A DNA stretch of 64,000 bases from Phallusia mammillata (GCA_965637545.1 OZ281496.1:2790001-2854000), one strand, 5' to 3'; shown: positions 51,926-63,544, numbered from the stretch's first letter. The notes: generated by a model not told the origin, from the sequence alone. Translations and numbers: made by a program.

Positions 51926-52707
51926 ATGAAGCCTATTGTTTTACTTCTGTTACTTTTGTGTGTGAGTATGACAATGGTAAGTTGTTGTTTTTTTGTTGTA
52001 GCCAAATCACCAATTATGATTGTACTTTAAAATAAAAAATAACACTTTTTGCAGGCAAATAGACCATGGTATTGCAAACGCTATTGTCGACGCTATTGCT
52101 CCAGCAACACTTACTCATTTGGTAAATATAACTGTTTTTACTATCCGTTTGTTTTTGTGTTTGTCCTTGTATTTTATCTTTCGATTGTCAACCTGCAAAA
52201 TGGTGTATTTTGAAGATTTTTTGTTTGTTTCTGAAACATCAATATATCCTGTTTTGTGGGCTGTTTATTTTATTAAAAGTTTTGTGATAATTGTTTTAAT
52301 TATATTTTTGTTAATTAAGATTGTTTGTTTTTGCTTATCTGCAATTTGTCTGTTTGTCATTACTATTGTCTTTCTAACTGTCCATTTACATGCCATTAAT
52401 AATAATAATGTTTTAAAAGCGATTGTTTGCTTGTGCTTCCTTTCGAATTTTTGCGTTGTCATTAAATTGTTATTTCGACCATACATGTGTGTATATTCAC
52501 CAGTCTTATTGTTTTGTTTGTTGTTTGTTTTTCGCACAATTTTGCGTGTCATTTTTTCTATTCATATACCAGCTTATACCATATTATTTTTGTTGTACAG
52601 GTAAAATACTGTGCACATTTTGTAAGAGGCACAGATTCTGCTACACATATTCCGGTTCTGTCTTCACGGCGAGAAGAAGACGCATCAAGCCCACGAAAAG
52701 AGGATAA
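51926..52707 (+). CDS. Cationic Cys-rich secreted peptide, subfamily 2, copy M (74 aa)
   Basis: Exons 51926-51976, 52055-52121, 52601-52707. Product MKPIVLLLLLLCVSMTMANRPWYCKRYCRRYCSSNTYSFGKILCTFCKRHRFCYTYSGSVFTARRRRIKPTKRG*; 11 R + 5 K, no D/E, terminal Gly. Confidence 0.88.
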
Positions 52708-53015
52708 ACAGCATTCGGATAACGTCACCTTACTTGTGTAATCTGCCATAATATACAGAGTTTTGCATTTGTGTTATACACAAAAAAACAACAACAATAA
52801 AACTTGTGCTGTTGTTTGAGTAAAACAGAATGAAATAAAATAGAAATAAATAAAAACTGAAAACAAGCAGTGTAACAGCTTAAATTGCTTCATCAATATA
52901 AACACGCAAATCCGTTGGCATGCCGTGAAAAACCACCCCGAAACTTGGCACGTGTGCCAGGGGTTGCCCGCGATTTAGACCAGCGATCACGACAGACCTA
53001 TATATACACATCAAA

Positions 53016-53376
53016 GTACGCCAGGCCTATAGAAGGCGTTGTGCCGAATCGAGTCGGTTACCATGCATTTACATATGACAAGGCAGAGTCTTTTAAAATA
53101 TATCGTGGAGTGAGACTTAAAAGCACGACAGAAGCCTGTCCGAGACTCGCGCTCTACCAACTGCACAGGCTCATACGGTGCTTTTAATCGACATTCGAAA
53201 ACCTGATCACCATTGTGCCTGTGTAGCTCAGTTTGTAGAGTGAGAGTCCCGGAAAGACTAGTGTCGTTGGTTCGAATCCCACCGCAGGCTAGATTTTTTT
53301 AGTCTGTCTATTACCATTTGGAAATGCTTAGGTGACCGCCTGATCGGTCATTACGCTTGCAATAGGCCTGGCGTAC
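53016..53376. mobile_element. Palindromic element with two inverted tRNA-like heads (most complete copy)
   Basis: Ends gtacgccaggcctat / ataggcctggcgtac. tRNA-like unit on + at 53217-53289 (A box TAGCTCAGTTTG, B box GGTTCGAATCC) and a degenerate unit on - at about 53125-53170. Confidence 0.75.
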
Positions 53377-53405
53377 GTACGGACAACTGAGTGAATGCTT
53401 TAATG

Positions 53406-53832
53406 CATGGATTTGCAACAGTCGGCCGCGGGCCACAATCCGGCCCGCCAAGCTATTCAGTGTGGCCCTCGCCAACACACTGATTCAGAGAAAAAATGCA
53501 ATTATTCTAAGAATTCAGCAAAATTTTTCACTAGTTTTTGGTAAATCTCCAAAGTTGTTGTACTATACGTAACAAGTACACGCTAAACCAGAGTTTTCCA
53601 ACCACTGGGTCATACAACTGTTTGCAAGCACTTCACCGCAGGTGACATAATAATTCCCTTTGTCTAGTAAGCAATTATTTTGTTAGTGTTGCGGCGAAAC
53701 TCTGTATGTTTCAGAAAATAAATGTATTTAAGAATTTTAAATTTATTGTGTACATGAAAAAAATCTATGGCCTACGCTTGATGTTCGAAATTGGTTTCAT
53801 GGCCCACCGACGAAAAAGGTTGCACACCCCTG
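53406..53832. mobile_element. hAT-type MITE
   Basis: Ends catggatttgcaac / gttgcacacccctg; perfect 8-bp TSD ctttaatg. Confidence 0.8.
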
Positions 53833-53904
53833 CTTTAATGTTTTTCAAATAATTATAGACGCTGTGTAGTATAATTTCATTGAAAACGAAATTGTCAGAG
53901 TGCT

Positions 53905-54096
53905 TGTGATTCAACTTTCGGCGGCGTCTCCACTGAGCTTTTGTAGCTCAGCTGGTAGAGCGCGAATCCCGGAAAGTCTCTTGTCGTGGGTTCGAACCTA
54001 CCGCAGGCTAATTTTTTGTAGCCTATGCCATTTCCATGTGGAAATGCTTATATGGCCGGCTCATTCGGTAATAACGCTTCCAAAAGGCTTGGCGCA
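53905..54096 (+). mobile_element. tRNA-derived element, right half
   Basis: gtagctcagctggtagagcgcgaatcccggaaagtctcttgtcgtgggttcgaacctaccgcaggc plus a tail ending ggcttggcgcac-ta. Confidence 0.65.
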
Positions 54097-54703
54097 CTAT
54101 AATAACTAAGCGAAGACTTTCATGTTTTTCAAAAAAATCTTTTAAAGCTATGTAGTAGCTTCAATAAAAACAAAACTGCCATAGAGTGCCTGTATATACT
54201 GAATACATTACCACGGTTATGACAACAGCGATTGTTGAAAAATGCGAAATAAATTGTATTCACTACGATCACTGTAAATTTATATTTTTTGTCAATCCGA
54301 TTTCGATTAAAAATGCGGATAAGATAAAGAATTTAGACAATTCGAGACATGTTTACCACATGTATTATATCAAGTTGAAACGACCCAATAGCATAAAAAC
54401 AGTATTGTGTATAACTCAAGTAAATAATGGTAGAAAACACATCAGTGACAGAAACAGTACAAGCTAGTTGCTTTCAGACAATAGGAAAACTAACTTTGTT
54501 CGCTATGGTATCGTGCATATTTTTATTGTCCTTATATCATCAATGTATTTTTATAGTAATATGTAAAACAACCATTAAATCATATTTTGTTTAAAGTCAT
54601 ATTGATACAAACAAAACTAATTTGACTTTTTTTGAAAGAAAACTTAGAGTGTAAATGTATGTCAAGTTATTAATGTACCAGCTGCACTGATGCGACCTTA
54701 TGG

Positions 54704-54990
54704 CAGTAACTCTCAAACTGTGTGCCGCGAGAGATTTCCAAGTATGCCGCGAAATATTCTCTATTTTAATGTGCAAACATTTCCTGGTGTTTTAGGACTT
54801 TACGACGAAATACTGGTGTGCATGACAACGTTTCAAAGCTCTTATTTTTGTTACTGGTAATTAAAATCATCCGCACCCACCACAATAAAGTTGTTTAAAC
54901 AACTTTTGTTACGTTTACCTGCGAAGTGTGCCGCGGAAGGAAATTTCAGTTCATTAATGCGCCGCGTGCTTAAAAGTTTGAGAACCACTG
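54704..54990. mobile_element. hAT-type MITE
   Basis: Ends cagtaactctcaaac / gtttgagaaccactg; TSD ccttatgg / ccttatag. Confidence 0.75.
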
Positions 54991-55248
54991 CCTTATAGGT
55001 CGAAACAATGTGCCCTGTCTCCATGTTCATTCACTTAAAATACAAAATCAACGATAAAACGACAAGGATTTAAAAGACATTGCCAGTGGCCTTAACGTTA
55101 CATAAAAACTGCCAGGTGTCCAGTATAGCATAGCAAACCAACACTTTAAACATGACATTAAAATTGACAACCCCTGAAGGGCTGCACATAGTTTTTGAAA
55201 AGTCCACTTTATTCAGCATCCGCTAGACGACGCAGCAGAGCAAACACG

Positions 55249-57678
55249 TCAGTTGAATAAAATCGTCATAAGTCGGGAAACAATCGATGAGGTCAGAGCC
55301 ACGGCTAGAGTTGCAATTCCCAACCAATAACTCCAACCGACGTCTATTGATGTAAGACTTCCGTGAAGATAAATAGCAAGCCCGATAACGTAGAGAATGA
55401 CTGAAATAAAATAAATGTGGTTTATACATGAGTTAAGTTTATTTTGCTTGATAAAAAAACGCTTAAACAGCGCAACACAGTGGAGGGAACACTTGATGGA
55501 TCATGACCAGACGCGCAAGCTACACCTTATTATGAAGCGTTAGGTGGCGGGAGCTCTAAACGTACAACGTTTTTCAAGGTAAGGGTATTTAACATTTCCT
55601 TACTGTCTTTTTCATAAACAACAAAATCATTTCTGTTTCGCAACTAAAAATACGACTAAAAGAGTAATTTTGCATATAAATTAATTTTCAGAAGTGCTTG
55701 GGTCGCACAACAAAAAGTTTGGAAACCGTTGGACTATGCCTAAATATATTAGTTTTTTGCAAAGTTTTCTACCTGCTGCGTCTGTGACGTGGATACTGGC
55801 TTTGAAAAATTTCTGAGTGTCCCTCCGTATTGCCATGACAACCAACAGAATGCTTCCAACCAATAGGAAAAGAGCAACTAGAAGAAACGTCAAAGTTGTG
55901 CCACGTTCTGCAATGGTAGGGCCTGGAATATAAAAGTAAATAAAAATCAGTTCAGATTTACAAAATTACAAGTAAAATAAACCCGGTTTAAACCGCTTAA
56001 TATAGGATCATTGACAGGTAATGTTGCTTTCTACTTCCAATTGACCTTACATACTTTCGAGATAACAATATCGTTTGTTATCTTGTATACTTTCGGTTGT
56101 TTGTTTTTATTGTAAGTTTGCCAAGGATGTGCATTGTGATTGAATGTTAGCCATAATGGGCATTGTACATGTATTACAAGTGATGTACCGAAGTTCCGGA
56201 CATGCCAATTTGCGGATGTTTCGATTTCGGTCATTACCGAATTGTTTGATTGTCTAAATTTGAAGGCAAAACTTCTACTTTCGACTGTTTAAAAAGTTTC
56301 TTAATAAACTTTAAATAACACAAGAAACGTTGTCTGTATTCATTTAAGCAGCCAACACACAATTTTGTATCAAAGTGTATTAACAGGTTCACTTGCATTA
56401 CCAAAGTAAGGTTGACTTCAAAACATATATCATAAAGGTTAGAGCCAATTATCCAATAGCTTGTAGCATATAGGTAACTGTGTACTACCCATATGTTATG
56501 AAGCCATAATACCATCCTTCCTTAATTGTCAGTGCCTTATTTAACCGACATTCGCCTTATCAACGGTTTTTATCAGATTGCCCTGTAAGTCGGACCGGGT
56601 TCGGGTTTCTTAAAAAAAAAAAACGGGCATGATTCGGGTTTGATTTTTTGCATCTATAGTATGCAGTCTATTGGGGAGGAATGAAAGTGTTTTGAATTGT
56701 TTAGTGAGAAATTCGTCGAAAAGGTTGGGAACCTCTGGTTGAAGTCGGTTTTATTTATTCTCAAATAAAATGGGATGTTTATGCTACATGCCACTTATAT
56801 GTATATTTCCATTTGTCATATGTTATATACAGTCAGCCACTATATGTGCCAATAACCCTCCCAAAGGTCCCAAGTGGTTTGTGGTTTTGTGCTTTAAATG
56901 GATTTGCCAGATAACTTTCACCATCAGAAGTTTGTTGTGGGGCTAAAACAAAGTACCACTTAAAGATAAGCTCTGTTTTGAAGCTTTACAATACGGTGTA
57001 GCTGCAGCGCGTTTAGCCATTATCCACTAATTGTGCCTTTCACTGATTAGGGCTTCATAACGTTTCAACATTGCGCAGCTGTTTCCGGCTCGGTGATTAT
57101 GTTTTAGTGCAATTGTGTTGCTATGTGTTCTTTTACCAAGCAAAATATACTCAACTGAACACACATACATACTATAGTCCTGTAGATCACGTGATACAGT
57201 CATGCTACACTACGTTTGAACCAATATTTGACCCCGTTCGTTCGGCTGTTTTACGAGTTTGATTATGGTTGTTTGTTTTTCAATTTTGAGAAGCGAAACG
57301 TATTTACACAACGGCAGCATGTGAACTAATCGTATCTAAACTATCAACCAATATGAATCACTACAGCTATGATTGCCATCAAAACTTTACACATAACGTC
57401 ATATTTTAAATCTAAAATTCCTGACATTTTTGGACTGCTGCATTCAAAATTACATAAAATGCCAATTATTCCAAAGGTTTGTGACATCAAAAGGCACACT
57501 GTGTCGTACCTTCGCATACTGTTCCATTTGAGAAGCATAAAATCCCAGAAGTGGCATTTCTTCCTGCATAAACACTCCAGTCGTTACTTGCACAAGATAT
57601 AATACCAAGAAGTATTGCAACACCGGTAATATAGGCCGGTACCACTTCTTTTGACAACAGTACTTCCAATACAGACAT
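55249..57678 (-). CDS. Claudin/PMP22/EMP/MP20-family tetraspan protein (156 aa as modelled)
   Basis: Exons 57678-57510, 55922-55773, 55400-55249 join in frame (phase 1/1). First loop W...GILC..x..C, TM2 TFLLVALFLLVGSILLVVMAI, TM4 preceded by GWSYWLG. Confidence 0.8.
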
Positions 57679-59152
57679 TGCTGAGTTTGCAGGCTTAGTT
57701 TGAAGTTATCAACGCCTTAATACAAAACGTTAAATGCCTGCTTCTACCATACATGTAATGGCAGACGGCTTGTATTTCAAAACACGTGATGAAATACGTT
57801 ATACTGTATTTGAAAGCGTAGCCTATAAAACGACAAGAGTACAATAAACATATATTACTGAAAAAAGCTGCTAAAAAGTAGCACAAAACCTGTAAGTAAA
57901 ACTGAAAGCTTAAACAAGGTTTAATATACTGTAAACACTTCGTCTAATGTGCTGTTAAGAAAAGGCGTGGCTTATATATGGTGCCTAATATAAGCCTGGC
58001 CTTTTTTCCTTATCGAAAGTTGTCCTATAGTTCACAGACGCTATGTCAATATGCTTCAAGTTAGCGTACCCAAGGCAGTTGAAACCAAACTCTGTTTTAC
58101 GACTTTAAAACCTTAGATTTGAGAATAATGCAGCCTATGGCCAATAAATATCACCTTTGCTTGCTAAAATAATTCACTATTAGGCACCAGTACCAAGCAA
58201 ACTGAAATTATACAAAAACGAGCAGTTGCATAATGAGTAAGCTGCAGACAGTGCACACAGTTTAGGCCTATAGGGTTACTAAGCACTACATTAACATGAT
58301 TTTTTGTCTAAAAAGTATGCACAGATATGCCAAGTTACACACATTTTTAAGACCAAGGTACAGTAACTGCATAATAAAACCCAAAACTGTTTTAGAATGT
58401 ATAACAAACATTCTACGAGATTGAAATCTCATTCCAACGTCCACGACTAGAAAAATAAGGAACCCCAGACCTTTTGTAAACAAGCCACTCAATTCCAGAA
58501 CGCCCAACAATGAAAGTAGTGTTCTGTTACAGGTGCTGTATTGTGACGTCATACATGCGTTCTTTGGGATTTGGAAAGACAGTTGGTTGGTTAAGAAGAA
58601 AAATAAACTTCTGTGTTTGGTGTTTTCCAAAAGCCCTTTTGTAATACCGAATGAAAATACGACAGAATACGAACGTTTCCGAAAAGTGCCGAGCGCATAA
58701 AGATCATACTGGGCAGCTATAATTTTTCTTATTTAATAACTTTAAAATGTTAAGAAGAAGAGATTATGAGTTAAAACATTTTCTTAGGGCAATTTTCATT
58801 GCCCATTTGGGTCGATAACCGTAAAGTTAAATAACTAAAAGGCCACATCTTACGAAAAGCTTGATTTTGAACAACACGCCGAGAAATTTAACAATTCCGC
58901 CACATTTTAAACGTAACTTTAAGTCATTTTGCATAAAATTACATTTCTCCGATAATAATTAATCAATATAGACACCAGTAAAATGTACCATATATTCAAA
59001 AACAATTTGAAACTTCAAAAGCTTGCACGAAGAGCATTTTGATTAGCCAAATCTTCAAACCCAGTTTCTCCAACATTCTTACTAACATGTTTATATTTGT
59101 TTGCACGAAAGTCACATTTTTAAATCAGCTAAAAGTGCAAATAGACTATAAG

Positions 59153-59334
59153 CAGTGGTGGGATTCAGTCGGTTCGCACCGGTTCTATAGAACCGTCTCC
59201 CGAAATTTTATGAAATCAGCAAACCGGTTAGCATTACTGGTTACTGTCAATAGGCTTTTTATAACAGAACCGGATGAAAAATATGACTTTTGTGATAGAA
59301 CCGGCCGACAAAAAAAAAATGGATCCCACCACTG
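59153..59334. mobile_element. hAT-type MITE inside a short duplication of the claudin-like 3' end
   Basis: Ends cagtggtgggat / atcccaccactg; TSD actataag / attataag. The flanks duplicate about 59445-59540. Confidence 0.75.
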
Positions 59335-59527
59335 ATTATAAGCATCAATGTTCAACGAAAGTTTCAGTCTTCTGTAAAACGCCTTTTACAATGGTGAAAT
59401 TCAAATTTTTGTCAGTCGGTTCTATCACAAAATTCATATTTTTCATTTGTTTGCACAAAAGTCACATTTTTACATCAGCTAAAAGTGCAAATGGACTATT
59501 TATAAGCATCAATGTTCAACGAAAGTT

Positions 59528-61059
59528 TCAGTCTTCTGTGGAGTCGTCTTTAAGCAGGGGTCGCCGAGAGGAACTAACATCAGAAACCCTGTGTTTGTCA
59601 CGAACAGATAGCTGTACGTCCCAACTTTTAAATGTAGTGGGACTTTCAAGGACGAACAGGCTCTGGTAAAATAAAATACAGGTTAATGACGCATTGACAG
59701 ACCTTTATGACGTCACTGCACAAATTGTCACTTTTGAGTGAATTGTGAATAGATTAAAGGTCTTGTTTTACGTAACAATTATATTTTTAATTTTAATTAT
59801 GACGTAATCAGCAAATCTGTGACGTAACTGGACGTACGCGTTTCTGCTTTGCAGTCAGTCTTTTTTTTTAAAAAGTCGGCCTAAATTCGCCTAAATACAG
59901 TTTGAATTGTGACGTATGACTGGACTAAGTGACGTCACCTAGCAATTCGTAATTTTTTCGTGCCAAGCCTAATCAAAAACAAAAAATGCAACAAATTTAC
60001 TTCTTTACTTACAATAAATCCAAATACAGCAGCCACCATAGTAATCACACAGCATACCCAAGCCAATACAAATCCATAACCATGTTGAGCTCCACCTAGT
60101 TTGTTCATTACAGTCATTATAATTGCTGTAGACGAGTTTGTCACTGCTGTGAAGGTGGAAACTGCACCAAGGATCAAAAATCCTGAAAAAATGGGAAATT
60201 TTACTCTTAAACAGTTATAAATTGTAAAGATTTCAAATACTACTCTTTTGCAGACAATTTTTTCCTAAAATTTCTTTAAAACAGTTGGTTTCTTAAAACA
60301 CGCGATACATTTATCAGTTCACAAAAAGTTAATAAGTTAAGCTACAAATTTTAAAACACAAAATTGTATGTTGGTATGGTATGTTTTACAAGAAAATAGT
60401 TTTTAAACGTAAAAATATTTGCTTTTGTTGCAAAATTTTACAATATTTGAAAGAACCGGCTAGGGTTTTGTATTGACAAAAACGTTTTCATACATTTACG
60501 TACCACACAGAAGCACAAAAGCACAAGCAACAGTAGCCAGTGATCTGTCATATTTGAAGCTTCCACAAACCATAAGAATGATTGAAATTATAAAGATTGG
60601 AATCGGAATCAACATTAAACCGGCTGCGGCTTTAATTCCCAATGCCAAGTCGTTGTCAACAACTGAAAAAAATACAATAAATTTTTCAGATTTTTTAACA
60701 AAACTGGTCTCTCTAATAATATGTTATAATGTATATTCTCGATTACTAACTTGAAAGATTGGTACAAACAAAAAGCAATAGTAAAATTGCGCTTTTCAAC
60801 TAAAAAAGGAATGATTTAATATCAAGGAAATAGCGGAGACGAAAGACAGAAATTACGGAATAATGGAAACAAAAGGATCCATTGCGGAACCTATCTACTT
60901 ACCAGTGTTACTGAAACATTCATTCTTTAGACAAGTTTGAAACAAACCAATACTTGTCTTTCCGTAATTTCCCATCCACGATGACGTAGCTACCGCTATG
61001 ACGTCACAGACGAGAGCCACAAACGTTAGAACGATAGCGGCGAAAAAAAGAAAGTTCAT
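59528..61059 (-). CDS. Claudin/PMP22/EMP/MP20-family tetraspan protein (206 aa as modelled)
   Basis: Exons 61059-60903, 60662-60504, 60182-60013, 59662-59528 join in frame. Loop motif W..GLFQTC....C, four hydrophobic segments, HGYGFVLAW before TM4. Confidence 0.82.
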
Positions 61060-61167
61060 TTTTTCTTCTTGTTAAGATGAGCACCTCAGTATAAAACTAG
61101 TATAAGTAAGATAGTAATTTAATCATCAACATTACTGCCAAGGTAGTGGTGTATATAGAATACATCG

Positions 61168-61207
61168 TGTAGACGTTTCGACAATCTCTGTTGTCATCAT
61201 CAGTACA
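61168..61207 (-). ncRNA. Candidate minimal type I hammerhead ribozyme (mirror copy)
   Basis: Identical motif on the minus strand in the left arm of the palindrome. Confidence 0.6.
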
Positions 61208-61299
61208 TGTTTTCAATCAAGCTGTGGAACACGGTATATAAAGCACTAAGGTGGAACACGGTATATAAAGCACCGTGTTCCACAGCTTGATTGAAAACA

Positions 61300-61339
61300 T
61301 GTACTGATGATGACAACAGAGATTGTCGAAACGTCTACA
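61300..61339 (+). ncRNA. Candidate minimal type I hammerhead ribozyme
   Basis: UGUA-CUGAUGA-U-GACAA(CAGAGA)UUGUC-GAAA-C-GUC|UACA: core boxes, 5-bp stem II, palindromic ACGU stem III, GUC cleavage triplet at 61333-61335, 4-bp stem I. Confidence 0.6.
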
Positions 61340-63033
61340 CGATGTATACACCACTACCTTGGCAGTAATGTTTATGATTAAACTACTTTTCAAGTCCGTG
61401 CATAGTGTTCCTAAGATAGTAATAATGCCTACAAAAAATGTTGACATAGTCATAGGGTCAGTGTGAGGGTTTGTAATTACAATAAGATTATAATTCAATC
61501 TCACATACCCCCTATTGGGTTTATATTCTAACATGCTTCAGATGTGGTACTAAACATCGTATGTTACCAAACATTAATCTATGTTACAATATTAGCCCCA
61601 AAAGGCAATCTAAGATTCATAATATTGTTACTACAAAGTAACCCTCACCCTGACCCTAACAGCTCTAACCGACAACACTTTATGAGTTTCAAACAATCTG
61701 CTGTCATGAAAACAGCGTAGATTGCCTATTTTAGAGACCCTACAACCTATTACTATTAAGAACTAGATTATACTCTTGTCAAACGGGTTTAAGGCATTAA
61801 AGCAAGATTTAAACCCGTAACCTAGTGAACACGAGACGTTACCAATGCAAAAAACGACTCAGTATGCTTTCCATACACTTTTCAGCTAGTTGTATCTGCC
61901 TAAAGTTATCTGAAAACTGTTTAGCTTTGCATTCTAGCACTAAACAATCTACACATAAACAGCGAAAATTTACCAAATAACACATTTGACTAAAATCACA
62001 AACAAAACAAATCAACATCGGAAATTCAAGCTAGACAATTTCGTGAGTAATCACATCCGTATTCGTGACTCCTTCATATGAATAATGATCGCCACGACAA
62101 CTTCGTTTTGCTGAATTCAGCATTTTTTGTGTTTAAGTAACAGAGGTTTTTACTAATGATGCACCGAACCCCGCATGAAAAGGTTTGAGCCGAAACCGAA
62201 TATTTAGCCATAAATAACTGTTCTGATTGTTGTTTTCAACTGAACCTTGTGTTGTTGATGCAAGTTATAACTAGTTTATGACATTTCAAAATCGCTTTCA
62301 CAATGCGCAAGATTTTCTAAACTTCTAATATTTTGCAGAAAACGTGGCTCGTACTTTAAGAAGCAACAATTAGTTAATTTAGAATGTTTCACATTGGCGA
62401 TATTGAAAATTTAGCATTAATTTCATACAATTGAAACGTTCGGCGCAAAACCGAAACATTAGAAAAAGGCATATTTGGCCTAAATGTTTTGGCCAACCAA
62501 CACCACTAGTTTGTACCATTAATATTTTTGGCACAAAAAAATAAACCCATTTTTTCAAATTTAATTTTATTCTGAAGAAAATTTGCTCCAGTGTGACACC
62601 TAGGAAAAAGTCTCCATTTTTCCGTTAGATTTTATTCCATCGCACAATAATTATTGCAAATACACACGGGACAACCACGACACAAACGTCATCATTACGT
62701 CACGGCGGTGGCGTTTATCTTACGTCATAATAAACGAACGACAAAAGAAAAGTGGCGTGAATTTTAAAAGCAGTCAAAACATGACAACAGCTGGCCCGGA
62801 TTCTGATTGGACGATACGACAATGACGTCATCAGGTTGTGACGTCATCTGATCACATGGCTTTGACCTTGTACTGGCGACCTTTCATCATTTTCTTGTTT
62901 TTCTTGCTTACTTCACGGCGATGAATTTGCTCCTGTAAAATAATTATAATTTTCTTTAATTTAATTCCCAAATATTTTGTTGAATAATTTTTGTTTTTTA
63001 TTGTAATATTTATGCAACTACAAAACTTTATGT

Positions 63034-63437
63034 CAGTGGTTCTCAAACGTTTTCATTATTTTTTTCAAAATGACCCCTTTGCCATTATTTCGAGGGCGCG
63101 CGGTCCTTAAGCCTGAATGTGTATTTCAGAAAAACGAAAGTTGATTGCAGAATTTTAACTAGTTATGCGAAATTGCGCATAAAAATGATCCAAGGACAGC
63201 ATGTGACATCACAGAAAAGACAAAGAATATTACGATTGTGCGCGAACGATTGCATTTTTGTTAGTTGTCTTGCAATAAAGGCTATTGTTTAGCAATGGAG
63301 ACAGTTAATTCTCAATTCTAATTTGAATTAAACTTATTCAGTGGCACAAACTGACGCCAAATAAGATTATAGAAGTACTTCAACCTTTTCGCGGTCCCCC
63401 TAAAATCGCCTCACGAACCCCAGTTTGAAAACCGGTG
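63034..63437. mobile_element. hAT-type MITE
   Basis: Ends cagtggttctcaaac / gtttgaaaaccggtg; imperfect 8-bp flanks ctttatgt / ctttacgc. Confidence 0.65.
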
Positions 63438-63544
63438 CTTTACGCATCATGGCATTCAATAATTAAATTTAAAAAAACTTTTTTACAATTCCACAAAACT
63501 TCTATTGAAAGTGACAGAAATTCTACTAACACTATAACAGCACG

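Larger units (their letters stand above)
61113..61387. repeat. About 275-bp palindrome (perfect about 75-bp inner arms)
   Basis: 61161-61235 is the exact reverse complement of 61272-61346; outer arms 61128-61155 / 61345-61372 also match. The centre has a 23-bp direct repeat gtggaacacggtatataaagcac. Confidence 0.9.

Noticed and set aside
52020-52604. 194-aa hydrophobic ORF from the track
   Set aside because: It is exon 2 of peptide M read in another frame plus its T-rich intron 2; the hydrophobicity is compositional.
53217-53289. Functional tRNA gene
   Set aside because: The cloverleaf is plausible, but the loop lacks U33, stems have mismatches, and it sits in a multi-copy element with shared tails; treated as tRNA-derived.
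56845-56945. Possible extra exon in the shorter claudin-like gene
   Set aside because: No canonical phase-1 GT donor was found, and the three-exon model is already complete and in frame.
62852-62935. Possible minus-strand exon (ttttacag|EQIHRREVSKKNKKMMKGRQYKVKAM*)
   Set aside because: A good acceptor, but no partner exon or homology is visible in the window.
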